DNA from: Cyanobacteria bacterium P01_A01_bin.123
GTDB lineage: Bacteria > Cyanobacteriota > Cyanobacteriia > Phormidesmidales > Phormidesmidaceae
Direction: 5' to 3'
Length of the DNA: 64,000 nt
Assembly (NCBI GenBank): GCA_039815185.1
Contig: JBCBZT010000003.1
Coordinates: forward strand, 96,001 to 160,000
The notes under the pieces are model-generated. The model made no database searches, had not been told where the DNA came from, and worked only from the letters and a program-made list of their open reading frames with translations. Numbering within the stretch: position 1 is the stretch's first letter; each line of letters begins with the position of its first letter. Position numbers and translations under genes: made by a program. This document shows, one piece after another, positions 8,862 to 18,548 of this stretch.

Positions 8862-11800
8862 ATGCCGCAACAGATATACGACTGGAAAAGGTTCTGGTGC
8901 CCTCGGACAGGCAGCATAAACTTAGCTGACGGCGGCTATTTATCGAATCCAGAGGCAGAAGGGGCCAAAGCTTACAACCCAGACCTGGTAGCTCTAGAAG
9001 AGATCTTGGATGGTTCATGTTTGGTTCTATTAGGGGAACCAGGTATTGGTAAGTCTCGTGAACTGGAAAAGCTAAGAAACTACACGGAAGAAGTCGTTGA
9101 CGAAGATGACCAAATCCTCTCACTCGATCTTGAAGACTGTAGTGAGAATAAGCTATACGCTAATTTGTTCAACTCTCAGACTTTCATTGACTGGATTGAC
9201 GGTACACACAGACTCTACCTATTTCTAGATAGCTTAGATCAAGGTTGGCTGACAATTCAAAGACTACCAACTTTGCTAGTGGAGGAATTTAGACAACTTG
9301 ATAAGGTTCCCGAAAAGGAAAATCTGAAGCCTAGCCTTCTTCTCTTTTTAGCTCTCAAAACTGGATTTTTTGGAAAAGGCGCAAAGATCAAAGATCGCCC
9401 TAACTTAAGTCGCCTTTATCTTCGATTAGTTTGTAGGGTGTTTCCTTTCTCGCAGGCTGAAAGTGATTTTAAGGATCTTTGGAGTAATCATTACAGCAGT
9501 TACTACTTGACCCCACTCAGTGAACGTGACATAAGGACTGCGTTTAATGAGAATGGATTAGATGCTGATCAGTGCTGGCAAGAAATTATAGATAAAGAAC
9601 TTTTGCCATTTGCAACCAAGCCTATATCACTACAATTTCTTATAAAGAGACTTCAACGAAACAATGGACAACTTCCGAAGAATCAAAATCTAGTTGATAT
9701 TTACATTGACGGATATAAAGAACTTTGTCGGGAATTAAAAGATGAAACCCGTCATCCCCTTAAACCAGTAAGTAGTCTTGATGTTGACCAACGTCTATCC
9801 ATAGCAGCTCGTATTGCGGCTATCATGACTTTTTGTCTACGACCCACTATCTGGGCTGGACAGAGTTTTGGAGATTATGCTCTTGAAATAGATGTTCAAC
9901 CTGGAGAACTATGCGGACAGTGTGAAAGCACTAATACTGAAAGAGGTTTAAAGGTTACCAGTAATTTTATTCAAGAAGTTTTGGACACTGCATTATTCTC
10001 AGACCGTGAAGTTAACCGAATGGGATGGGCACACCAAACCTATGCTGGATTTCTAGCTGCTTGGTATTTGACACAGCATAAGGTCTCTATAGAGCAAATT
10101 AAAAAATTGATTTTCTCCTCTGAGAATACAGGCTACAGGTTAGTTCCCCAGCTGTATGAGACAGCAGCATGGCTAGCTAGCATGAGGCATGATGTTCTTC
10201 AGATAATTACGAAAACAGATCCAGATGTGCTGCTGCAGAGCGATTTGTCAGGCATTGATCAAACAGTCAAAGCATTATTAATAGATTCGTTATTAAAACT
10301 ACACGATTCAGGAAAACTGGTATATCAGTATGATGGATTTAGGGAATTTCAGCACTTAACGCATCCAGACATCTTGAGACAGCTAGAATTATGTATTTCT
10401 GACTCAACAAAAAATATTCAAGCTCGCTATGTAGCTATTGATATTGCTGAGAGTTGTAATCTACAAAGTGCTTCACCAAGCTTAGTTGAGATAGCTTTGT
10501 CTTCTGAACATCCATATGCGATCAGAACAAGAGCTGCGAATTTTGTAGTAAAAATCGGCAGAGAATCAGACAAAGCAAGGTTGAGAGACTTGTATATCAT
10601 TCCTCAGGATGACCCAGAAGATGATCTGAAGGGATATGGATTAAGAGCAACTTATCCAAAGGATATAACTACAGAAGAAGTTCTAAGCCACCTAACGCAA
10701 CCCCAAGTAAATTATTTTGGTGGTTGCTATCAAAAGTTTCTGGCAGAAGATTTCGGTCAACGTCTTCCAGAAAGTGATTTAAATTTGGCTCTTGCATGGG
10801 TTAGAAAACAGCCTGTTAGACATAAGTCGCATTATCCTTTTGATGCTCTTGCTGACAGTATTATGCTACGGGCATGGGAAAAACTTGACGATCCAGCAAT
10901 ACTGTCGGTCTTTGCGGAAGTAATTGTATCAAAACAAAGTCAGTACGCCAAAGTAATTGGTAACTATGACAATATCTCATTTAAGGAGATGTTGCAGGAG
11001 GATGATATTAAACGAAGAGCTTTGATAGAGAAATGTGTTTCAGTAATTCAAGATTCCGACAGAGATCCTTATTGGTTATCTGGCAACAGTCAGTATAGTT
11101 CCCTAACTCCATTAGAACGAGATTTTGCATGGTTGATAGAGAAGCTAGAAACATCCAATTCAGAGCAGATTCAGAGAGTTTATGCCAAGCTGATTAACTG
11201 GGAACTCGATTGGAAAAGTGCTGGGCAAATCAGTTTAGTCATTACTGCAAGCCAAATCAACTCTGTCTTGAAAGCAGAATTTGCACCTTACTTAGAGTTG
11301 ATTCCTCTTAATTCTCAAAGAGCAGATGAGTTAAAATTGCAGTATCTTGAAAGACAACGACATTTAACTCTAGGGGAACAGCAGAAATTAGAACCTCCAC
11401 CTAAGACTCGAATTTTGCAATGTCTGGATAGATTGGAGTCTGGTCAAGTGGATGCTTGGTGGTACTTATGCCAAGAAATGACATTGCTGCCAACTAGTAC
11501 TCATTACAATCAGACTTGGAAAGTTGATATTACGACTATGCCAGGTTGGCAAGAAGCAAATGAAACAGTAAGACGCAGAATCATTGAAGCTGCTAAACAG
11601 TATATTTATAAAGGAAATTCCAATACAGATAGCTGGTTAGGTACTAGATCTTTCCCTCAATATGTATTAAGCGGCTATCAAGCACTTAGGCTTGTCTCAT
11701 TTAACGAGCCTGAGTTTATTTCCATTCTCCCTGCAGAAATATGGAAAAAATGGACAGCTATTATTCTCGATTATCCTAACGCCAGAGAAGACAAGAGTGG

Positions 11801-12932
11801 AGAAATAAGAGAAGAGCTTTTGAAGGGAGCATATCACAATGCTTCTGATGAATTTTTCAGGGTTTTAGACATCTTAATCACTCAAGAGAATTCTCAGCGT
11901 AGTTCTATTTCCATACATAGAGAAGTGGAGTGCTGCTGGGATGAAACCTTGAAAAGTTTTTTGCTTGCTAAAGTGCAAGATGAGACGATGACCGCTGGAG
12001 GTTTAGGTGACCTGCTAGAAATGCTTTTAGCTCATCAAGTTTCTGAAGCTATATCCTTTGCTGAGTCTCTAATTGTTTTTCCTCTCCCTGAAATTGATAA
12101 GGAAAGATCAAAAGTTGCTGTTGTAGCTCAGAAACTAATTCTTTATTCAGCTGATACTGCATGGCCAAATATATGGAGAATAATTCAAGCTTGTCCAGAA
12201 TTTGGGAAGGAAGTCCTTGAAGCAATTTCCTATGCTCTCAAATATGAAGGATCTCTGGAGACACAAATTAAAGAGGAGTACACAGCAGATCTATATATAT
12301 TTCTTACTAAGCACTATTCCGATTTGGATGGTGAAAATCGAGACAATCCTCAAGAGGAAGAACTTGCCGGATTGGAAGCCTATATTGTAGGGCCAGCAGA
12401 TAGTATTAGACTTTGGAGAGATCGCATTCCGCAGCGACTACAAGAATTGGGTACTCCTGAAGCATGTCAGGCCCTTCAGAAAATAATTGGTGAGCTTCCC
12501 GAGTTGAAAGAAGAATTGCAGTGGCGACTTCCACAAGCTGAAGCTTTAACCCGACGCAAAGCTTGGCAACCGCCAACACCAGAAGAATTGCTTCAACTCG
12601 TGATTATCCAAGAGCCGTCAAACTCAGAAGTAGTAGATCGGATAACAAAGAAAATGGAAGATGAACCCAAAATCAAAAATGAAATTAACATCTCAAATTC
12701 GCCAAACTCACCCATCAATGCTCCTGTCGGAACAAGCGGTAAAACTGATAGCCATGTGACTATTTCTAGTTCTGATGAAAAGAGAGGAATTAATTGGGGT
12801 AACTGGCTTGCCGTAATTGGTATTTTAGCTGGCATGCTTGTTAGTGGAGCATTTAACGAAGAATTTAGGGAAGGGCTCAATCGGATGTTCTCTCCTCAAG
12901 TTGAGAAGGAATCCACACCACAAGCAGATTAG
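8862..12932 (+). CDS. Large STAND/NACHT-type P-loop NTPase with a long helical C-terminal region and a terminal TM helix
   Basis: Walker A 'VLLGEPGIGKS', Walker B 'YLFLDSLDQ', sensor 'LRLVCR', 'FATKPISL', winged-helix 'WAHQTYAGFLAAWYL'; C-terminal hydrophobic 'WLAVIGILAGMLVSGAF'. AT-rich, no HIP1 seen. Confidence 0.8.
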   Translation: MPQQIYDWKRFWCPRTGSINLADGGYLSNPEAEGAKAYNPDLVALEEILDGSCLVLLGEPGIGKSRELEKLRNYTEEVVDEDDQILSLDLEDCSENKLYANLFNSQTFIDWIDGTHRLYLFLDSLDQGWLTIQRLPTLLVEEFRQLDKVPEKENLKPSLLLFLALKTGFFGKGAKIKDRPNLSRLYLRLVCRVFPFSQAESDFKDLWSNHYSSYYLTPLSERDIRTAFNENGLDADQCWQEIIDKELLPFATKPISLQFLIKRLQRNNGQLPKNQNLVDIYIDGYKELCRELKDETRHPLKPVSSLDVDQRLSIAARIAAIMTFCLRPTIWAGQSFGDYALEIDVQPGELCGQCESTNTERGLKVTSNFIQEVLDTALFSDREVNRMGWAHQTYAGFLAAWYLTQHKVSIEQIKKLIFSSENTGYRLVPQLYETAAWLASMRHDVLQIITKTDPDVLLQSDLSGIDQTVKALLIDSLLKLHDSGKLVYQYDGFREFQHLTHPDILRQLELCISDSTKNIQARYVAIDIAESCNLQSASPSLVEIALSSEHPYAIRTRAANFVVKIGRESDKARLRDLYIIPQDDPEDDLKGYGLRATYPKDITTEEVLSHLTQPQVNYFGGCYQKFLAEDFGQRLPESDLNLALAWVRKQPVRHKSHYPFDALADSIMLRAWEKLDDPAILSVFAEVIVSKQSQYAKVIGNYDNISFKEMLQEDDIKRRALIEKCVSVIQDSDRDPYWLSGNSQYSSLTPLERDFAWLIEKLETSNSEQIQRVYAKLINWELDWKSAGQISLVITASQINSVLKAEFAPYLELIPLNSQRADELKLQYLERQRHLTLGEQQKLEPPPKTRILQCLDRLESGQVDAWWYLCQEMTLLPTSTHYNQTWKVDITTMPGWQEANETVRRRIIEAAKQYIYKGNSNTDSWLGTRSFPQYVLSGYQALRLVSFNEPEFISILPAEIWKKWTAIILDYPNAREDKSGEIREELLKGAYHNASDEFFRVLDILITQENSQRSSISIHREVECCWDETLKSFLLAKVQDETMTAGGLGDLLEMLLAHQVSEAISFAESLIVFPLPEIDKERSKVAVVAQKLILYSADTAWPNIWRIIQACPEFGKEVLEAISYALKYEGSLETQIKEEYTADLYIFLTKHYSDLDGENRDNPQEEELAGLEAYIVGPADSIRLWRDRIPQRLQELGTPEACQALQKIIGELPELKEELQWRLPQAEALTRRKAWQPPTPEELLQLVIIQEPSNSEVVDRITKKMEDEPKIKNEINISNSPNSPINAPVGTSGKTDSHVTISSSDEKRGINWGNWLAVIGILAGMLVSGAFNEEFREGLNRMFSPQVEKESTPQAD

Positions 12933-12955
12933 ATAATCCCTGGGAAAACGAAGTT

Positions 12956-13198
12956 ATGCAAGTTACGATCAATCTCCCCCCTGACCTAGAGCAAGACTTG
13001 ATTCGTCAAGCGGCTCAATCTAACGTTCCGCTTCAAACCCTGATTTTGCAAGCCTTGCGCCAGGTAGCTCAATCAACTGATGCGGCTACTTCGCAGTGGT
13101 CAGAGATAGTCTTATCTTACGAAGGCATCCCTGACTTTCCCGCATTTGAATCCTACCGCGACGAACTTCTTCCGCCCCGTGAACCAGAGCTATTTTGA
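12956..13198 (+). CDS. Antitoxin (VapB-like) of a type II TA pair
   Basis: 80 aa 'MQVTINLPPDLEQDL...FESYRDEL'; its stop overlaps the vapC ATG (TGATG). Confidence 0.75.
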   Translation: MQVTINLPPDLEQDLIRQAAQSNVPLQTLILQALRQVAQSTDAATSQWSEIVLSYEGIPDFPAFESYRDELLPPREPELF

Positions 13199-13601
13199 TG
13201 CGCTATCTCCTCGATACCTGCGTCATCAGCGACTTCATCAAAGGCGAAGCTGGAACTATTGCGAGATTCAAGCAAACGCTGCCTGTTGATGTAGCCATCT
13301 CAGCAATTACCGTCATGGAATTGCGCTATGGTTAGCACTCAATCCGCAACGGGCTCAAAAAATTGAACCTGCGGTCGTCAGCATTTTATCTTCTGTCAAC
13401 ATCCTGCCTTTCAGCAATGCAGAAGCTGAACAAGCTGCTCAAATCCGGGCTACGCTCAAATCTCAAGGACAACCTATCGGTGCATACGATGTCTTAATTG
13501 CATCTACCGCGCTTCAGCATGACTTGATTATGGTTACAGCAAACCAGCGAGAGTTCGAGCGGGTTCCCGATTTACAGATCGAAAATTGGCGGCAAACCTA
13601 G
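13198..13601 (+). pseudogene. vapC: Frameshifted VapC/PIN toxin (not in the ORF track)
   Basis: ATG 13198 gives MRYLLDTCVISDFIKG...ITVMELRYG, then TAG at 13333-13335. Restoring one T (GGT TTA) continues LALNPQRAQK...GQPIGAYDVLIASTALQHDLIMVTANQREFERVPDLQIENWRQT* (stop 13599-13601). Confidence 0.9.
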
Positions 13602-13701
13602 ACGCGCAGCAATTGCCGATAGCCGAGATTAACACTCCGTGGCAGCGGACGGATGCAAATCATCGATTAAAATAAAGCGGTTGTATTCTGCGACACGAGC
13701 C

Positions 13702-14997
13702 TTGATTGAACGCTATACCCTGCCCGAGATGGGCGATCTCTGGACCGAAACTCACAAACTACAAACCTGGCTGCGGGTTGAGATCGCGGTCTGTGAAGCC
13801 CAGGCTGAATTAGGATACATTCCCGCTGAAGCGGTTGAAGAAATCAAGGCTAAGGCCCAATTTGATCCGCAGCGGGTGCTTGAGATTGAAGCTGAAGTCC
13901 GGCACGACGTGATCGCTTTTTTAACCAACGTGAATGAATATGTAGGCGATGTCGGGCGCTACATTCACTTAGGGATGACCAGTTCTGACATGCTCGACAC
14001 GGCGCTATCTTTACAGCTTGTCGATAGCCTCGATCTAATTTTGAACCATGTGGAAAATGTCGTTCAAGCCATTCGCTACAAGGCTCAAGAACATCGCAAC
14101 ACCGTCATGATTGGCCGCTCCCACGGGATTCATGCCGAACCGATTACCTTTGGCTTTAAGCTGGCGGGTTGGTTGGCTGAAATGCTGCGCCACCGCGATC
14201 GCTTATGTCGCCTCCATGACCAGATTGCCGTGGGCAAGATTTCAGGTGCCGTGGGGACCTATGCCAATGTGGATCCCAAAGTCGAAGCGATCGCCTGCCA
14301 AAACCTCGGCCTTAGACCTGATACTGCTTCTACCCAAGTAATTTCCCGGGATATTCACGCTGAGTTTGTCCAGGCCATGGCGTTGTTGACCGCTTCAATT
14401 GAGCGCTTTGCTGTGGAAATTCGTAACCTCCAGCGCACTGATGTCTTAGAAGTAGAGGAATTTTTCTCAAAGGGGCAAAAGGGGTCTTCGGCCATGCCCC
14501 ACAAGCGCAACCCAATTCGCTCAGAACGATTGAGCGGCATGGCTCGCATTATTCGTGGCTATGCTATCGGAGCGCTCGAAAATGTTGCCCTGTGGCACGA
14601 ACGCGACATTTCCCATAGTTCTGTTGAGCGGGTGATGCTGCCTGATACGTGCATCTTGACCCACTTCATGTTGGTAGAAACCACGGATCTCGTAAAAAAT
14701 TTATTGGTTTACCCCGATAACATGAAGCGCAATATGAACCTATACGGCGGTGTCGTCTTTAGCCAACGTGTATTGTTAACCCTGGTTAACAAAGGGCTCA
14801 ACCGTGAAGATGCTTATGCCATCGTGCAAACTTGTGCTCACACCGCTTGGAACCAATTAGGGGGTGATTTCCGAGCGCTGATTGAAGCGGATGATCGAGT
14901 TAACCAGCATCTCTCTCCAGAAGAAATCGCAGCCTGCTTTGAACCCCGGCATCATCTCGAGCATTTAGACGAAGTTTATCAGCGCCTGGGAATATAA
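13702..14997 (+). CDS. purB: Adenylosuccinate lyase
   Basis: 'IERYTLPEM', 'GRSHGIHAEP', signature 'GSSAMPHKRNP'; TTG start at 13702. Confidence 0.97.
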   Translation: MIERYTLPEMGDLWTETHKLQTWLRVEIAVCEAQAELGYIPAEAVEEIKAKAQFDPQRVLEIEAEVRHDVIAFLTNVNEYVGDVGRYIHLGMTSSDMLDTALSLQLVDSLDLILNHVENVVQAIRYKAQEHRNTVMIGRSHGIHAEPITFGFKLAGWLAEMLRHRDRLCRLHDQIAVGKISGAVGTYANVDPKVEAIACQNLGLRPDTASTQVISRDIHAEFVQAMALLTASIERFAVEIRNLQRTDVLEVEEFFSKGQKGSSAMPHKRNPIRSERLSGMARIIRGYAIGALENVALWHERDISHSSVERVMLPDTCILTHFMLVETTDLVKNLLVYPDNMKRNMNLYGGVVFSQRVLLTLVNKGLNREDAYAIVQTCAHTAWNQLGGDFRALIEADDRVNQHLSPEEIAACFEPRHHLEHLDEVYQRLGI

Positions 14998-15017
14998 CTC
15001 TTATAGATGTTGTGCTG

Positions 15018-15833
15018 CTAAGCCCTTGCTCTTTTTGCCTTACGGGCCTTTTTCCCTTGGGTGGGTGATGTTGAAGGCGGCATCCGACGAGCGCTGCTAC
15101 GGAAAGTCACGTTCACGCCGTCACCGGATTGTTCTAGAACCAGTAGCGGTGTTGGTTTGGCTTTTTGATCCCAACTCATTTGTGCAAGACGGCCTTGAAT
15201 GGTCGGTTGCCAGTTCTTTTCCTCAGCGTCTGGGCTCAAGAAGTTTTCAATACACTCAATAATTTGGGCAATGGTTGCAGAGGTCGTCTGGGTAGGCAAT
15301 TTTGCAAGCTTAAACTGGATGCGGAACAAGACCCGTTTTTTAGCACGGGGGTCATCACTGGACGAATATTCGACGTCAAAGATTTCATCCACCTGACGGG
15401 GTTTACAGGGAATGCCCACGAGCCCAATCTCTGCTTGCCGGGGTCGCAGCGCAACGGTGATTTTTTGCTTCACTTTGACCTTGAGCTGATTCAAAATTGA
15501 AAAGTGAAACAACTCTTCATCCATCCGCATCCGCAAGTAATCGAGGTTAAAGTCGCGAGAGTGGATCAAATCAGGATTTCGCTCCATCTTGGTGATGGTG
15601 CCTAGGGCCATTTTGACTTTCCGATTCAGTTCACGGTTTTTGTATTCCTCAAACTTGAGCCGTTTTCGCAGCTTATCGAACTGGACTTTAGAGATAATCC
15701 CGAGCCCAACGATCAACAGGACTAGCCCCCCCGAGGTCATCATCCAAAGCTGTTCTGGGCCTGCTTCAGTAGGCGGTTGGGGGGGTGCTTGGGCAACCCA
15801 TTGGGGAGAAATCTCGATAATGGGGTTCGACAT
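15018..15833 (-). CDS. Conserved cyanobacterial hypothetical protein, single TM plus coiled coil
   Basis: 271-aa ORF with an N-terminal TM segment and 'NPDLIHSRDFNLDYLRMRM'. Confidence 0.7.
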   Translation of the reverse strand: MSNPIIEISPQWVAQAPPQPPTEAGPEQLWMMTSGGLVLLIVGLGIISKVQFDKLRKRLKFEEYKNRELNRKVKMALGTITKMERNPDLIHSRDFNLDYLRMRMDEELFHFSILNQLKVKVKQKITVALRPRQAEIGLVGIPCKPRQVDEIFDVEYSSSDDPRAKKRVLFRIQFKLAKLPTQTTSATIAQIIECIENFLSPDAEEKNWQPTIQGRLAQMSWDQKAKPTPLLVLEQSGDGVNVTFRSSARRMPPSTSPTQGKKARKAKRARA

Positions 15834-16036
15834 GGCGTTAGTGAGAATACTTCCATTGCTTATAGATTCAGCATGCCCATGTCTAATCAGGAGTAGACTC
15901 CGTAAAATCCGAGAATTAGGGAAAATTTATCGAATTTTTATACTGTGTTTAAAGATTGACTGAATGCGAGAAATGGTTGCTGTGACAAAATCAGGGGACA
16001 AACGTCAAGATCAGGGGAAACTTGATTGGATGGAAT

Positions 16037-17698
16037 TTAGTGTGACCATCGCGCCCGAGAACCTCTGGCATCTAAATGACTCAAGGCTGGATAGCGAGTG
16101 TAGCGCCCTAAACCACCGGGCCACCAGGGATCTAGAGCCCAGTAAATTTGATTACCTGTTAGTCCTTCGCAGTAAAAGTCGATGGCGTCACCAACGATGT
16201 GACGACTAAAGGCGGCCCCACCGACTTGGCGGTTGATTTCTGGCGGACGGTACCAACTGGTAATGATAAAAGGACGACCAATGCGATCGCGGGCCTGCTG
16301 GGCTAACTTAGCAATGCGCACAATAGCATCTACCGTGGTTTGATTAGACGGCATCCGTGCTCCGCCTCGCGTGGCTTCAGCCCAGGTAAAGTTGCCGTTA
16401 GGAATAATCGAGGCATGAAGCTGAAGATTAGAAAGAGTCCAGCGATCGGGTTGGGGGGAACGAAGAATCGGGGTTGGGCGGGGCGGGGCGTCTTGGGAGT
16501 CGCGGTTGGCTTGGGCCATGCGCCGCAAATCTTCAAATAAGGACTGAACCGCTTGGGTACGGCTTTCTAGTTTTCGCCAAAGCTGCACTAGCCGAATCAG
16601 GGCTTCTCGTTGTTCCTCCTGTTCTTGGTAGCCGGTGGGGACTTGGTTGAAAAATGCCAGCAAGGCGCGATCGACTTGAGTGGCTGCTTCCGCTAAGACA
16701 TTAGGATTCTTGGCACTGGCTGTGAGAGATTGAGCGCTGATGCCCAGTTTCTCAAGAGCACGGGTTCGTGACTCCAGATCTTGCCAAAGGCGAAATCCCT
16801 CCGTTAGGGCGAACCGCTGATCACCACGCCCCCGATAATATTCAGGCAGTCGTTCGACAAAGGCTATCAGTGCTGGGTCAACGATTTGCAGGTTAGTTTC
16901 GGCGGCAGTAGGGTCGCTCTGTTCGAGTAGGGTGATGGTCTCTTCACGGGAGTCAAGCTGTCGCCAGAGCTGTATCAGTCGCAGTAGGGATTCTCGCTGA
17001 TGGGGATAGCCAGAATAAAACTGGGACACTTGGCGAACGAATTGCACTAAGGCATTGTCTAACTCCCCCCAATCTGGAGCGTCAGCTTTGAGGGAGACCT
17101 CTAGAGACTTGATCGCTACGGCTTGAGTATCAAGTTTGCGCCACAATCGCACCATTTCTAGCAGGGCGGTTCGCTGGTGTTCGAGACGGCCATAATTGGG
17201 GCCAACCCTTTCAACAAAGGCTAACAAGGCTTGATCGAGGTCTGCTAAGTTATGGGGCAGTTGGTCGGCGCGGTAATCGAAGCTGATATCAGCGATGTAA
17301 GCTTTGAGTAGGGCTTCGTTATCACAGGCTTCTAATCGGGCTGCACTAGCGTCGCTGCTGGGTGGCATGTAGCCTTCGGAAATAGTCTGAATCAAGCGAT
17401 CGCTATAGCGCCCTGCTTCTGCATTCCAAAGATCTTGACCGCGCCAGCCCTCGGCTGTGAGAGTATCGGTAATGCTGCGGATAGTGTTGGCTGCATACTG
17501 CACCTGCTCGGGAAAGGTGTTGACTTGGTCTACGGCAACTCGATTGGCTGGGGCAATGCCCAACCCGGTTTCACCATCCAGCAGCCGTGGACTTTGGTGT
17601 ACGGTATGCAAGGCTGCCAGCACGGGCTTATGAATGCCAGTGCGGGCTGCTTCGATGAGGTAATAATAATTTCGTTGATCGCTTGCCAGTGGTGCCAT
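16037..17698 (-). CDS. Peptidase M15A (D-Ala-D-Ala carboxypeptidase-type) with an N-terminal repeat region
   Basis: C-terminal 'ITSWYRPPEINRQVGGAAFSRHIVGDAIDF...HLD'. ATG 17698 preferred. Confidence 0.85.
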   Translation of the reverse strand: MAPLASDQRNYYYLIEAARTGIHKPVLAALHTVHQSPRLLDGETGLGIAPANRVAVDQVNTFPEQVQYAANTIRSITDTLTAEGWRGQDLWNAEAGRYSDRLIQTISEGYMPPSSDASAARLEACDNEALLKAYIADISFDYRADQLPHNLADLDQALLAFVERVGPNYGRLEHQRTALLEMVRLWRKLDTQAVAIKSLEVSLKADAPDWGELDNALVQFVRQVSQFYSGYPHQRESLLRLIQLWRQLDSREETITLLEQSDPTAAETNLQIVDPALIAFVERLPEYYRGRGDQRFALTEGFRLWQDLESRTRALEKLGISAQSLTASAKNPNVLAEAATQVDRALLAFFNQVPTGYQEQEEQREALIRLVQLWRKLESRTQAVQSLFEDLRRMAQANRDSQDAPPRPTPILRSPQPDRWTLSNLQLHASIIPNGNFTWAEATRGGARMPSNQTTVDAIVRIAKLAQQARDRIGRPFIITSWYRPPEINRQVGGAAFSRHIVGDAIDFYCEGLTGNQIYWALDPWWPGGLGRYTRYPALSHLDARGSRARWSH

Positions 17699-17753
17699 AG
17701 TTGCGCGACAGTTGCACTCCCAAACTTGGTGATAGACGTTAGTCACAAAGATT

Positions 17754-18548
17754 ATGCCGCTTATGCCCGATTCCCAGGCACTTGAATCCGATTCGTTTGC
17801 AAATCTTTTGCCACAGATCCGCCTAATTGCGACGGATATGGACGGTACCTTGACGTCCGAAGAGAGATTTACACCCCGTTTAGTGCAGATGTTAGAGCAG
17901 CTTGCCCAGAGAGAAATCCCCGTGATAATTGTGACTGGGCGCTCGGCAGGTTGGGTTAGCGCAGTGGTGCACTATTTGCCTGTAGTGGGTGCGATCGCAG
18001 AAAATGGCGGACTCTTCTTTAAAGGTGCCCAAGCAGCGCCAGTTCCACTGGTACCCATTAACGACTTTGCCATCCATCGCCAGCGGTTGGCCGATTTTTT
18101 TCGCCAGTTGCAGAAAAGCTTACCCCAGATTCACGAATCCACTGACAATCGCTATCGTCTGACGGACTGGACGTTTGATGTGGCAGGCTTGAGTCAAGGG
18201 CAATTGGATGGGCTGCAGGCTACCTGCGATACAGCCGGATGGGGTTTTACCTACAGTACGGTGCAGTGCCACATTAAGCTGCAATCACAGGAAAAATCTG
18301 CGGGTTTGCAGCAGGTTATGCAGCAATATTTTTCAACGTTGGCCCCCGACCAAGTGGTAACTGTCGGCGACAGTCCTAATGACGAAAGTTTATTCAACGC
18401 GGCAAAGTTTCCGATTTCTGTAGGGGTAGCCAATATCACTCGCTATCTCGATCGGTTTCAGCACCGCCCAGCCTATCTCACCCAAGCCACTGAGGTCGAT
18501 GGCTTTTGTGAGTTGGCGCAGCGAATTTTGGAGCAGAATGATGGCTGA
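17754..18548 (+). CDS. HAD-superfamily hydrolase, subfamily IIB
   Basis: 'ATDMDGTLT', 'VTGR', 'GDSPND'. Confidence 0.9.
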   Translation: MPLMPDSQALESDSFANLLPQIRLIATDMDGTLTSEERFTPRLVQMLEQLAQREIPVIIVTGRSAGWVSAVVHYLPVVGAIAENGGLFFKGAQAAPVPLVPINDFAIHRQRLADFFRQLQKSLPQIHESTDNRYRLTDWTFDVAGLSQGQLDGLQATCDTAGWGFTYSTVQCHIKLQSQEKSAGLQQVMQQYFSTLAPDQVVTVGDSPNDESLFNAAKFPISVGVANITRYLDRFQHRPAYLTQATEVDGFCELAQRILEQNDG

